This document shows positions 31,018 to 43,914 of a stretch of DNA of 53,797 nt, one piece after another. Position 1 is the stretch's first letter. Every line of letters begins with the position of its first letter. Origin of the DNA: Fibrobacterota bacterium. Its GTDB lineage: Bacteria > Fibrobacterota > Fibrobacteria > UBA5070. A model generated the notes under the pieces. The model worked only from the letters and a program-made list of their open reading frames with translations, did not search any database and was not told where the DNA came from. Location of the stretch: positions 1 to 53,797 of the forward strand of contig JBDKGS010000003.1 of assembly GCA_039798065.1 (NCBI GenBank). The letters are read 5' to 3'. Both the position numbers and the translations under genes were made by a program.

Positions 31018-31589
31018 CCCGACACATCAAACCATCAACCTACCTGTTCGGATGTATTTGGGCGATTACCCTGATGTCCGCATCCGGGTGCCTTTCTTCT
31101 CAATCGACGCCGAACGCAATGCTCCGGCGCGCAGCTGAATCGGATTCGATGCCAATTATTGACAGCCTCGCGATGCGGCATGCTATTCTTGGTCGGTGGC
31201 AGAAAGACGCACCTCCCATCGACGATAGCGTGCTTCATTGGGCCTCCTATCCCGTATCGCAGGTCCTGATCGAACCCTTCGACGACCGCAAGGATCCAAC
31301 GGTTCTCAAGACCGAGCGAGCCCTTGCTTCCTGGGGTCACAAGAACGCCCGGTTCCGATCCCCCACCAGTATCATGGCGAACATCCGCGTCCGCTTCCAA
31401 CGTGCCGACAGCGTGGACATCGACACGTTGCTCGTCAGCGGCGACTTCTATCCGAACGAGCGTTCGATTGAAGGCGAGACCATGGGAGCACGGGTGAAGG
31501 GCCAAATCTCTTTCCAACTCGTCGGCCCGGATCGGTTGCTGGTCAACAGCTTTCCCTACCTTCGGATAAAGAACCCCGCTTCTCCGTAG
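31014..31589 (+). CDS. Putative lipoprotein (candidate immunity protein)
   Basis: Signal peptide with lipobox-like ASGC. GTGA overlap with the upstream stop. Confidence 0.6.
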   Translation: MTRHIKPSTYLFGCIWAITLMSASGCLSSQSTPNAMLRRAAESDSMPIIDSLAMRHAILGRWQKDAPPIDDSVLHWASYPVSQVLIEPFDDRKDPTVLKTERALASWGHKNARFRSPTSIMANIRVRFQRADSVDIDTLLVSGDFYPNERSIEGETMGARVKGQISFQLVGPDRLLVNSFPYLRIKNPASP

Positions 31590-31666
31590 CGACAAAAATC
31601 GTCAGGATTCGAACCGGCGCGATATCCCGGCATACGCCAACTCGCCTGCTTAAACTTGGAATTGGA

Positions 31667-31687
31667 GTGTCCCCCAATGCGGGACAC
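31667..31687. promoter_or_regulatory. GTGTC-N11-GACAC motif, copy 4
   Basis: GTGTC ccccaatgcgg GACAC. Confidence 0.6.
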
Positions 31688-31864
31688 CCTGACCGATTTT
31701 CGCGAAAATTCGAAAACGCGATACCACGCGGACAATTACTTGTCCGATTGCTTCGGTCGGCCCCCGAAGTTGCCTTCCTGGATCATGGATGATACAGTCT
31801 GCAAAGATCGTTGTGCATTGAATTCGGTAAATGGGCAGACAAGCCATAATGCCCGGAGAAGCGC

Positions 31865-35671
<3,807 letters not shown>

Positions 35672-35723
35672 CATTCAGAATTCTACGGTCACTTTCACTC
35701 GCAGCCCTTTTCTCCCACCATAG

Positions 35724-35771
35724 AATCGATCCGGTCCCTTTGCGATAGGTCACCGAAGCCAGATTTTGACC
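35724..35771 (-). pseudogene. Short remnant paralogous to the secreted protein at 27432-27902
   Basis: GQNLASVTYRKGTGSI versus GQKSASVAYRKGSGTI. Confidence 0.55.
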
Positions 35772-36562
35772 TATCCTGCTTCCTCGACCAATTTGGACAA
35801 TTTCTGTGCGCTCGCCAGAACGTATCCGGCGATCAACTTGTGGAATTCTTCGCGAGCGCCGCCCAGATTGCAGGTTTCCAAGGCGTCGTAGTAGGACAGG
35901 CGCGAAGCGGTGTCGCCAGGTATGTTCGCAAGCGGATAGCCGGCGCGGAGCAACAACAAATTCATGCACAACCGAGCTGTCCGTCCGTTCCCATCCACGA
36001 AAGGATGGATGGTCGCGATCCGTTCATGGACTTCGGCAGCAAGAACCACCGGATGCAGGGATTTTTCCCAGCTCGCAAAACCCTTAATCATCCCTTCCAC
36101 CAACGGAGACACCTGCAGCGCATCGGGTGGAACATGACGGGAGCCGGAAATCAGGACGGAAACCGTCCGGTAGCGTCCCGCGTTCTCGTGGTCGATTCCG
36201 TGCAGGACCAAGGCATGGATCTGCTTGAGGATCCGCTCCGAAAATGGCTCCTGTCGCCGCACCAGGTCCAACAACAGAAGCGAGGCCTCGTGGTGGTTGA
36301 TGGCCTCCAGGTGTTCCCGCATGGATTTGCCGCCAACCGTCAAACCCTTGTGGATGACAAGATCCGTCTCGCGCAGCGTGAGGGTGTTCCCCTCGATCCG
36401 GTTACTCTCGTAGGCGTATTCCACCAGCAGGGCATCGCGTACCGAGTCGCGTTCCAGCAACCGCACCATGTCCAACCGCCCGCGCAGACGATCGATCTCG
36501 GCCAATTGTTCCCTCAACGGCTTCATTTGGTTCGCAGTGCGGCTCTGGTCCGAGTCCGTCAT
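35771..36562 (-). CDS. Fic family protein (class II)
   Basis: HPFVDGNGRTAR and inhibitory SNRIEGN. Start is 36562 or 36526. Confidence 0.9.
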   Translation of the reverse strand: MTDSDQSRTANQMKPLREQLAEIDRLRGRLDMVRLLERDSVRDALLVEYAYESNRIEGNTLTLRETDLVIHKGLTVGGKSMREHLEAINHHEASLLLLDLVRRQEPFSERILKQIHALVLHGIDHENAGRYRTVSVLISGSRHVPPDALQVSPLVEGMIKGFASWEKSLHPVVLAAEVHERIATIHPFVDGNGRTARLCMNLLLLRAGYPLANIPGDTASRLSYYDALETCNLGGAREEFHKLIAGYVLASAQKLSKLVEEAG

Positions 36563-36889
36563 CTCCTCGATTCCTTGGTCATGGATGGCGCAACGGGCGT
36601 TGTTCATGAAATGGTAAGTCGTTCCAGCTCTTTGCATTGCCGGAGCACCTCCAGGTCGGTGGCTATGTAAAAATTCGGACCTGGCATCGAATCCACCTTC
36701 GCTCCCCAATCCGTGTCCCCCATCGCCCTGGTGACCGCCTGGCGCAACGCCCTGGCGAAGCTGGTCAAGAACTGACGTCGGCTCGTCGACGCTGATGTTT
36801 GATGGCCACCGAGCCGGCAGCTCCCAAGCGGGAAAGGCCTGCGAAGGTATCTTCTTGACGATTTTCAGAACGACAAATTCTGACTTTCG

Positions 36890-37204
36890 CTAGGCTTCCT
36901 GCGCGAGCTCTTTCAAAACTTCGGGATGTCTGGCGGAAATCCGCAGCACCGTGCGAGCGGCGCCGGTGGGTTGTCTGCGGCCTTGTTCCCACTGTTGCAA
37001 TGTTCTGGCCGAAACACCGAGGAGACGGGCGAAACTTGCCTGCGACAAACCCGAGCGCGATCGAATCTCGGCAGGAGCGGGGAGCGATACATTGGTCTCC
37101 CTCGCCGACTTGCCTTCGCACATTTCTGCAACCGACTGGAGAAGTTCCGCCGCCAGATCGCGGCCAGCTTCCCATTTGGCCAGGCTATTTTTGGAACGAG
37201 GCAT
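36890..37204 (-). CDS. higA: HigA-type HTH antitoxin
   Basis: LSQASFARLLGVSARTLQQWEQGRRQPTGAA; AGGAG RBS; overlaps the end of the toxin gene. Confidence 0.88.
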   Translation of the reverse strand: MPRSKNSLAKWEAGRDLAAELLQSVAEMCEGKSARETNVSLPAPAEIRSRSGLSQASFARLLGVSARTLQQWEQGRRQPTGAARTVLRISARHPEVLKELAQEA

Positions 37205-37508
37205 GGATCTTCTCCTGAACGATTTTGAGGGTTGAACCGGAGATGTTTTCGGTAACGTTCTTCCCATAGACCAACAACAGCACAAGTCGCCCGTCGGCCA
37301 ACATGTTGTAATAGATCACCCTCAAGCCGCCACTCTTGCCGCGATCCTTGATGCCCCAGCGGACTTTGCGACAGCCGCCGGATCCGGGAATGACATCACC
37401 GGAATCATGATTCTTCGCGATCCAGTCAATGAATTCTTCCCGTTCGCTGGTCTCCCAGTAAACATCGGCTTGTTTGGCGAATGTCGGGGTTTCTACCACA
37501 GTCAGCAC
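37185..37508 (-). CDS. higB: HigB-type (RelE superfamily) toxin
   Basis: VETPTF...GDVIPGSGGCRKVRW...GKSGGLRVIYY. Toxin-first gene order. Start is GTG 37508 or ATG 37526. Confidence 0.88.
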   Translation of the reverse strand: MLTVVETPTFAKQADVYWETSEREEFIDWIAKNHDSGDVIPGSGGCRKVRWGIKDRGKSGGLRVIYYNMLADGRLVLLLVYGKNVTENISGSTLKIVQEKIHASFQK

Positions 37509-37514
37509 GTCAAC

Positions 37515-37543
37515 AATATACGCCATTGGCGTATGGTACGCAA
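37515..37543 (-). promoter_or_regulatory. higBA promoter (TTGCGT-N17-TATATT) with palindromic operator
   Basis: ATACGCCA-T-TGGCGTAT at 37518-37534 lies in the spacer and overlaps the -10. Confidence 0.75.
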
Positions 37544-37734
37544 CAGTTTTCGGCGACAGGTGTGTCATGAATCTCACCAGGAAGCAGCTTCCACATTATG
37601 ACGTTTATGAAAAACCGGCGTTTCTAGACATGTCCGAATCGACGTGTATAGAAAATGGCGATTTCTATACACGTCCCCCCCCCTTTCACTGTGCGATTGA
37701 ACCCCATCCCGTCAGAAAACGACAAATCCCACCT

Positions 37735-38691
37735 ATGCAATACAGACGCCTCGGCAACACCGGACTCAAGATCAGCGAAATCACCTACGGCTCCTGGCTC
37801 ACCTTCGGGACCCAGGTCGAATTGGACTCGGCCAAGGAAATCGTCGAAAAAGCCTTCGCGCTGGGCATCAACTCCTTCGACACCGCCGACGTCTACAAGG
37901 GCGGCGAGGCCGAGCGCCTGTTGGGACAGATTCTGCCCAAGCGCCGCCGCAGCGAGTACATCCTGGCCACCAAGGCCTTCTGGCCCATGTCCGACCACCC
38001 CACCGACCGGGGCCTTTCCCGCAAGCACCTGTTCGACTCCGTCGATTCGAGTCTCGATCGCCTCAACCTCAAGTACGTCGACCTCTTCTACAGCCACCGT
38101 TTCGACCCCGAAACCCCGCTGGCCGAGACGTGCGAGGCCTTCGACGACCTCATCCGCCTTGGCAAGATCCTGTACTGGGGCACCAGCGAATGGAGCGCCT
38201 CCCAGATCCGCGAAGCCCAAGTCCTTTGCCGTGCCAAAAACTGGCACGCGCCGGTGGTGAACCAGCCCTACTACAACCTGCTGGGCCGCGACATCGAAGC
38301 CGAAATCTTGCCTACCTGCGTGGAATTCGGAATGGGCACAGCCAACTTCTCGCCATTGGCGCAAGGCGTGCTCAGCGGCAAGTACTCGGGCGGCAAGGTT
38401 CCGGCAGGCAGCCGCTACAGCAACACCAGCCTCAACACATGGATGCACGACCACGTGGGCAACACCGAGTTGCTCGCGAACGTCGATCGCATCGCCGAGA
38501 TCGCCGCCCGACACAATTTGACATCGTCGCAGGTGGCCCTGGCCTGGGTGCTCAAGAATCCCGGCATTTCCAGCGTGATCGTGGGAGCCTCCACCGTGGC
38601 TCAGCTGGAAGAGAACGCAGGCGCGTCGGGAGCAAAGCTGACAGAATCCGACATCGCGCAATTGGAAACCTGGTTCCCGCGCAAATCCTGA
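37735..38691 (+). CDS. Aldo/keto reductase (Kv-beta/Tas-like)
   Basis: MQYRRLG, FDTADVY, LATK, YWGTSEW, FSPLAQG. Confidence 0.95.
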   Translation: MQYRRLGNTGLKISEITYGSWLTFGTQVELDSAKEIVEKAFALGINSFDTADVYKGGEAERLLGQILPKRRRSEYILATKAFWPMSDHPTDRGLSRKHLFDSVDSSLDRLNLKYVDLFYSHRFDPETPLAETCEAFDDLIRLGKILYWGTSEWSASQIREAQVLCRAKNWHAPVVNQPYYNLLGRDIEAEILPTCVEFGMGTANFSPLAQGVLSGKYSGGKVPAGSRYSNTSLNTWMHDHVGNTELLANVDRIAEIAARHNLTSSQVALAWVLKNPGISSVIVGASTVAQLEENAGASGAKLTESDIAQLETWFPRKS

Positions 38692-38758
38692 CACGTCCAC
38701 CAGGCACCTGTTCCGGACGAACGAAAATCGTCCGGAACAATATCTGGTCGCTTCAGTT

Positions 38759-39988
38759 CTAGCGGGTCGGCTTGGTGGAAAGATTTAGCTTCGCGCCGGT
38801 TCCGTCCAGCCTTCCGCCATGCGCCTGTCCACGGCTCGGTCGTCCCAAGGCATCGCTGCCCGCCGCCGCACGCACGATCCGCAGGCGTCGAGCGGGAGAC
38901 ACCGACGCGGATGACATGTAGACATTTCTTGTCATCGCGTCGGCCCACATGCGCAGGATGATCTGGGCCGCCGCGGGAGACGGATGGACGCCGTCCGCGT
39001 TGAGCAGTTCGGGGTGGGCGCGAAACATGGAATCCAGATTGGGGCCCATGATCAACTTGTTCTTCTTGGCCAAGGAATCGATGGCCTTGGGGTATCCGGG
39101 ATGGACCTGCCATTTCCCTGAGGTGCGGGTGGAATCGGTCGAGAGCACCCTGGCCAAAATGGGCTCCATGCCCCGTGCCTTGGCCGAATCGATGATCGCC
39201 TGCATGTTGCGCACATATTTGGCGAGGTTCCCGTCGCCGCCTCCCCAGGCATCGTTGGTGCCCATCTCGATGGCCAGGAAGTGGATGCCCGCCATGGCGT
39301 CCAGATAGGTGGTGATGGAGGACAAAACCTGACTTGAGTTGATGCAGGGCACGCCTCCGCGTACGAAGGACGGCGAGTTCGATGGAACGCGGGCATGGAC
39401 CAGGTCGGAAAAATTCGAATCGGGAACCGGCGACTTGAACGTCATTTGGCTGATGCTTGTCCCCATGAAGAACCACGAGTCGGAAGCGCCGTTGGAGGCG
39501 TCGTACACTTCGAGCTCGTCCATTCGCCCCGAACCGGAGACGACCAGCATCTTCAACCAGCTTGCACCCGCGAACTCGATCACATGGGATCGGCCAGCCA
39601 CGACATTTCCTGTCACGCGCACCAAGGTGTCCCAGGTTCCGTCCGAACCGTTGGTGGAATTGGACGAAGTCAGGATGCGGTAGGCGGAAGGATAGGTGGT
39701 TCCGTTGTTGCAGGCGCCGCTGGAAGGAACGACATCGGACCAATTGACGCTGGCATCGTTCCAGTTCACCAGGACTTTGGTGGGACCTGCGCCCAACTTC
39801 ACCGCGGCCCAAGACCCTGCCGAATAGTTCCATGCGCTCCCGAATTTTCCGTCGTTCAAAAACGCCGCGTTGGAGGTTGGATTGGCCTGGAGCGTTTTGC
39901 CCGCGGAAACCCGTGGAGTGGGAGGCACGCTCGCCAAGGCGTTCAACGAAAACAGCAATGGAACGGATAGGCGGAAGGTTCGGTTCAT
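38759..39988 (-). CDS. Secreted SGNH/GDSL hydrolase with an N-terminal discoidin-like domain
   Basis: Signal peptide; FMGTSIS, MGTND and DGVHP blocks; short C-terminal DALGR tail. Confidence 0.82.
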   Translation of the reverse strand: MNRTFRLSVPLLFSLNALASVPPTPRVSAGKTLQANPTSNAAFLNDGKFGSAWNYSAGSWAAVKLGAGPTKVLVNWNDASVNWSDVVPSSGACNNGTTYPSAYRILTSSNSTNGSDGTWDTLVRVTGNVVAGRSHVIEFAGASWLKMLVVSGSGRMDELEVYDASNGASDSWFFMGTSISQMTFKSPVPDSNFSDLVHARVPSNSPSFVRGGVPCINSSQVLSSITTYLDAMAGIHFLAIEMGTNDAWGGGDGNLAKYVRNMQAIIDSAKARGMEPILARVLSTDSTRTSGKWQVHPGYPKAIDSLAKKNKLIMGPNLDSMFRAHPELLNADGVHPSPAAAQIILRMWADAMTRNVYMSSASVSPARRLRIVRAAAGSDALGRPSRGQAHGGRLDGTGAKLNLSTKPTR

Positions 39989-40218
39989 AGAAGACATATA
40001 CTGCAGGCACCCCGATGGGATCCCCCCGATTGCGCCTTTCGAACCGATTTTCCGTTCAGTGGACAGTACGGAAGTCGAGCCGGTCCAATCCAAGATCATG
40101 ACAATTTTTGGGGAAGCCGCGGCTTCCTTGATCCCCTCACCCCCCCGTTCGGGTGGGCCCCCATCCAGGACATTTTGCGTCCATTGATTTGCCTACCCGT
40201 GGGACTAGATTGCGGGAC

Positions 40219-41103
40219 ATGGCAACCAAAGAGATCTCCAGCTCGGCACTTTCCGTCATTCGTCGCATGCAGCAGGGCGAAGTCGACAGCCATTCCATCT
40301 ACCTCAAGGTCGCCTGCGGCGTGAAGGGTCCCAACCGGGCCATTCTGGAGCGCATCGCCTCCGAGGAGTTGGGGCATTCGCGCATCTGGGAGACCTACAC
40401 CAAAACCGCATGCAAGCCCAACCGATTGCGCGTGTGGACGTACGGACTCGTCGCGCGTTTGCTGGGTTTCACCTTCACGGTGAAGTTGCTGGAAGGGGGC
40501 GAGGTCGCCGACCAGAGCGTGTATGCCAAGCTGGAGTCCGAGGTTCCCGAGATCGCCAAGGTCCGCGCCGAGGAAGCCGCGCACGAGCAGGAGCTCATCG
40601 CCATGTTGGACGAGGAGCGCCTCAAGTTCGTGGGCTCCATGGTGCTGGGCATGAACGACGCGTTGGTGGAACTCACCGGTGCGCTGGCAGGCTTCACCTT
40701 CGCCCTCAAGGACACGCGCCTGGTGGCGCTGGCGGGGCTCATCACGGGCATCTCGGCCACCTTGTCCATGACCTCGTCGTCGTACCTGTCGGCCAAGGCC
40801 GACGAGGACCCCGACGCGCTCAAGTCTTCGCTGTACACCGGCACCATGTATCTGGTCACGGTGGCGCTCATGGTGTTGCCATTTCTTGTCTTCCCCAACA
40901 CCATGGTGTACTGGGCGTTGGGCTGCATGTTCGCGGTGGTGGTGGCCATCATCGCCGGATTCAACTTCTACATCTCGGTGGCCAAGGAGCTCGACTTCAA
41001 GAAACGCTTCCTGGAAATGTTCGTGTTGTGCATCATCGTCACGGCCGTCTCGTTCGGAATCGGACTTCTTGTCAAAAGTTGGCTGGGGATCGATCTGGGC
41101 TGA
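40219..41103 (+). CDS. Rubrerythrin-VIT1/CCC1 family membrane protein
   Basis: EELGH and EEAAH ferritin-like motifs; VLGMNDALVELTGALAG. Confidence 0.92.
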   Translation: MATKEISSSALSVIRRMQQGEVDSHSIYLKVACGVKGPNRAILERIASEELGHSRIWETYTKTACKPNRLRVWTYGLVARLLGFTFTVKLLEGGEVADQSVYAKLESEVPEIAKVRAEEAAHEQELIAMLDEERLKFVGSMVLGMNDALVELTGALAGFTFALKDTRLVALAGLITGISATLSMTSSSYLSAKADEDPDALKSSLYTGTMYLVTVALMVLPFLVFPNTMVYWALGCMFAVVVAIIAGFNFYISVAKELDFKKRFLEMFVLCIIVTAVSFGIGLLVKSWLGIDLG

Positions 41104-41216
41104 GATCAGGATCGGCCCATCCACTTCCAACTTGCGCATGCTAGGTTTTCAGGCCAGAAACACTCCCCGCAGCGATGCCGCGGGGTATCGGACCCGATGA
41201 GAATGGAGACACTCGG

Positions 41217-41738
41217 TTGAACACGCCATCGCCCATCTCGCATGCCGCATCCCAGTTCGTGGAGTCCTGGGGTTCGCTTGGCGTCTTGTGGGGACTGAAC
41301 CGATCCATGGCGCGCATCCACGCGCTCTTTCTGGTGACCGACGATCCCATCGAGCTCGACCAGGTGGCCAAGGTCCTGAACATCAGTCGCGGCAACGCCA
41401 GCATGTGCTTGAAGGAATTGCGCAACTGGGGCGTCATCCAGCGCGTCCACAAGCCTACCGATCGCCAGGATTACTACGTGGCCGAGCCCGATGTGTGGGC
41501 CACCTTCTTCCGCATCGCCGTCGAGCGCAAGAAGCGTGAATTCGATCCCGCCCTGCACAATCTCAGGCACCTGCTTTCGGAAGAAGACTTCAGCGATTCG
41601 CCCAAAACCCAAAAGCGCCTGGAAGAGATGGAAGAGCTGTTCTCCACCGCCAACTCCATTCTGGGAGCGCTGTTGGCCAACGAAGCGACAGGACGCAAAG
41701 CCGTTGGGCTGCTGAAGAAGATCCTGCCCAAAAACTGA
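41217..41738 (+). CDS. GbsR/MarR family transcriptional regulator
   Basis: FVESWGSLGVLWGLNRSMARIHA...ISRGNASMCLKELRNWG. Start is TTG 41217 or ATG 41175. Confidence 0.88.
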   Translation: MNTPSPISHAASQFVESWGSLGVLWGLNRSMARIHALFLVTDDPIELDQVAKVLNISRGNASMCLKELRNWGVIQRVHKPTDRQDYYVAEPDVWATFFRIAVERKKREFDPALHNLRHLLSEEDFSDSPKTQKRLEEMEELFSTANSILGALLANEATGRKAVGLLKKILPKN

Positions 41739-41824
41739 CACGCGCCCCCTGCGCACCCTAAACCCCGTCATCCCCCAAGATTCGAGTTTTTTCGCGGACC
41801 CTATTGCTTTTTGCGCCTCAATGT

Positions 41825-41840
41825 TTCAGTTTATTCTGAA
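41825..41840. promoter_or_regulatory. Candidate operator TTCAG-N6-CTGAA
   Basis: Palindrome in an AT-rich patch 26 bp before the ATG at 41867, next to the GbsR-type gene. Confidence 0.5.
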
Positions 41841-41866
41841 CGTTCAACCTGTTCAAAGGACTGCAA

Positions 41867-42337
41867 ATGCAATCGCGGAACGCTCGCCAACACAAAGCAG
41901 CCTGGATCCTTCTAGGCTTGGGCCTCTTCTACATCCCCTTGCTGGCACTGCACTTCGCCTTTCCCCTGTTGTTCGATTGGAACACCCAGACCACGGCGCT
42001 CTCGCGCGACAACGCGGGGCTGTTGTGGTGCCTGCACGCATGCGCCATTTTCTGGCTCGCCAGCATGGGAATCGCAACGTGCGTGGAGGGCTGGCAACTT
42101 CTTCGCAACCAAAAAACCAGCTTTGGACGGGGACTCTGGCTTTGGATGGCGGCGTTCTACCTGTTTCGGTTGCTTGCCGAAATCCCCTGTTTTGGATGGG
42201 CTTGGGACACTCCCTACATGCTGGTGATCCTGGCCGCAATCGCGTGCCTGTACGCCGCCGCATGGGCGCTCCTCGCCCCTGCACGCGCGCTTCCCACCCA
42301 CCACCGCAACGACGCCATCGCGCTGTTGCTGCACTGA
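41867..42337 (+). CDS. Hypothetical membrane protein (about four TM)
   Basis: Hydrophobic ORF; AAGGA RBS. Confidence 0.75.
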   Translation: MQSRNARQHKAAWILLGLGLFYIPLLALHFAFPLLFDWNTQTTALSRDNAGLLWCLHACAIFWLASMGIATCVEGWQLLRNQKTSFGRGLWLWMAAFYLFRLLAEIPCFGWAWDTPYMLVILAAIACLYAAAWALLAPARALPTHHRNDAIALLLH

Positions 42338-42348
42338 GGAACACCTCT

Positions 42349-43173
42349 GTGAACACGAAATTTCATTTGCTTCCAACCCTCGCATTGGTTGGATTGAACC
42401 TGGCCACCGCCCTGTGGGGGATCTGCTTTCCCGATGTCTACCACGATCCCATCGTCAGCGTCGATGGCTGGAATCGCGCCACCCTGTTCGCTGTGGACCT
42501 TGTCTCGCTGGCCGCCTTCTCGGGAATGGCGACCCACCACATGGTGCGCAACCGGGGGCAGGTGTGGAGCGCTCTGTGGCTTGGCTTGTGGTTCTTCTCG
42601 ACCTACGCGCATTCCTTCCAGGTCTTCACCACCGGCCTCAACGCCAAGTTCCCGCTGCACTTGGCAGGATTTGTCATCGGTGCCTGGGGATCTGTAAGCG
42701 CCGTGTGGGAGCTCGTACCTTCGGCACGCCAAATCGGCAAAGGCAAGTCCAAGGCGATCGCCATCTGGATGATCCTGGTCGCGTTGTGCCTGGTAGGAGC
42801 CTGGAGCGCGGCATGGATCGAACAGCTTTCTTCGGGATTCGCGAACGCCCGGCAAAACGATCTGGTCCGTTCGATCGCGGCGTTGGATTTCCTCATGGCG
42901 CTGCCCGCGTTCGTTTGGGTGGGTGTCGGGCTCTGGCGCGGCGGGCTCCGCGACTCTCCTCTCCCCATCGCCTTGAACCTGGCCTTCGGGATCTACATGG
43001 CCGCGTTGGCGGTTTCCTGCCTGACCCAGCACGCAGCGGGAATTCCCGTCGCACTTCGCGAGCTTCCCCTATGGACAATTCTTGCCCTCGGCAGCCTGGC
43101 CTGCGTCCTGCTCGCCTTCCCTGGCAAGGAGCCTGTGACGGAATTCGTCAATCGACCGTCGCTTCCGTCCTGA
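42349..43173 (+). CDS. Hypothetical multi-pass membrane protein
   Basis: GAGGA RBS before GTG; seven to eight hydrophobic segments. Confidence 0.75.
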   Translation: MNTKFHLLPTLALVGLNLATALWGICFPDVYHDPIVSVDGWNRATLFAVDLVSLAAFSGMATHHMVRNRGQVWSALWLGLWFFSTYAHSFQVFTTGLNAKFPLHLAGFVIGAWGSVSAVWELVPSARQIGKGKSKAIAIWMILVALCLVGAWSAAWIEQLSSGFANARQNDLVRSIAALDFLMALPAFVWVGVGLWRGGLRDSPLPIALNLAFGIYMAALAVSCLTQHAAGIPVALRELPLWTILALGSLACVLLAFPGKEPVTEFVNRPSLPS

Positions 43174-43199
43174 CCGCACCGGGATTCTATGCTTATCCG

Positions 43200-43850
43200 A
43201 TGACGCTTTCGTTCCTGTTGTTCGCACTCCATGGATTGCTTCCATCGCTGAACCGTCAAACCAGTTGCAAAAACGTGTCCATCGACTCCTTGCGCGATGA
43301 AATCGTGCTCCGACTGGAGAGACAGGATTCGTCCTTCTTTCGATCCAGCATGGAACCGGGAGCGGAAATCACCTGGTGGAAGGATTCGATCTGCGGCAGA
43401 CGCGAACGTTACGCCGCGAGAATGGATTGCCACCGGACGACGGACAGCATCGCCTACCTCCATTCCCGAGGCAGCCTCCGGTATCGGCTCAGGAACCAGC
43501 CTTCCGGCTGGGTTCTCGACCGCGCCTTCGCATGCGTTCCGACCGAGGTCAAAGCCATCATCGACGATCTCATGCGGCACGTCGACGATCTGGACGAAGG
43601 ATATGTGGCCTCGTTCCTGGATTCCAGTCTGGCCGGACAAAAACCGTTCAAAACCCTCGGTTTCGTGTTGCACAGCGGGATCGGTTCGAACGCCCGAACC
43701 ATGTGCTCCATGTCCGACGAGTCGCATATCCGCATCACCGCGCCGCAATGCGACGCACCCCATTGGGTCCACCATCCAGTCTTCGATTTCTCGAAACGGG
43801 ATGGCCATTGGCATCTGGACAGGATCTGGGTGGAACCCTCCTGCCGCTGA
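43200..43850 (+). CDS. Hypothetical, probably exported Cys-rich protein
   Basis: ATG at 43200 with a hydrophobic N-terminus; fills the gap between neighbouring genes. Confidence 0.55.
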   Translation: MTLSFLLFALHGLLPSLNRQTSCKNVSIDSLRDEIVLRLERQDSSFFRSSMEPGAEITWWKDSICGRRERYAARMDCHRTTDSIAYLHSRGSLRYRLRNQPSGWVLDRAFACVPTEVKAIIDDLMRHVDDLDEGYVASFLDSSLAGQKPFKTLGFVLHSGIGSNARTMCSMSDESHIRITAPQCDAPHWVHHPVFDFSKRDGHWHLDRIWVEPSCR

Positions 43851-43914
43851 AGGCCGGGTCCCGATCGCAGCGGCCTCGTCGGCCGGCACAACCAGGGCTC
43901 CAGCGCCTCCCGAC

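Noticed and set aside
27196-31687. CRISPR array or integron attC sites
   Set aside because: Repeat spacing is irregular (87 bp to 3.6 kb), there is no cas or intI gene, and there is no RYYYAAC/GTTRRRY architecture.
38759-39988. Inactive SGNH hydrolase (GTS instead of GDS)
   Set aside because: The catalytic Ser, Asn and DxxH are all retained.
40199-40220. Fifth GTGTC-N11-GACAC copy (TGCGGGACAT)
   Set aside because: Only a partial right half is present, with no matching left arm.
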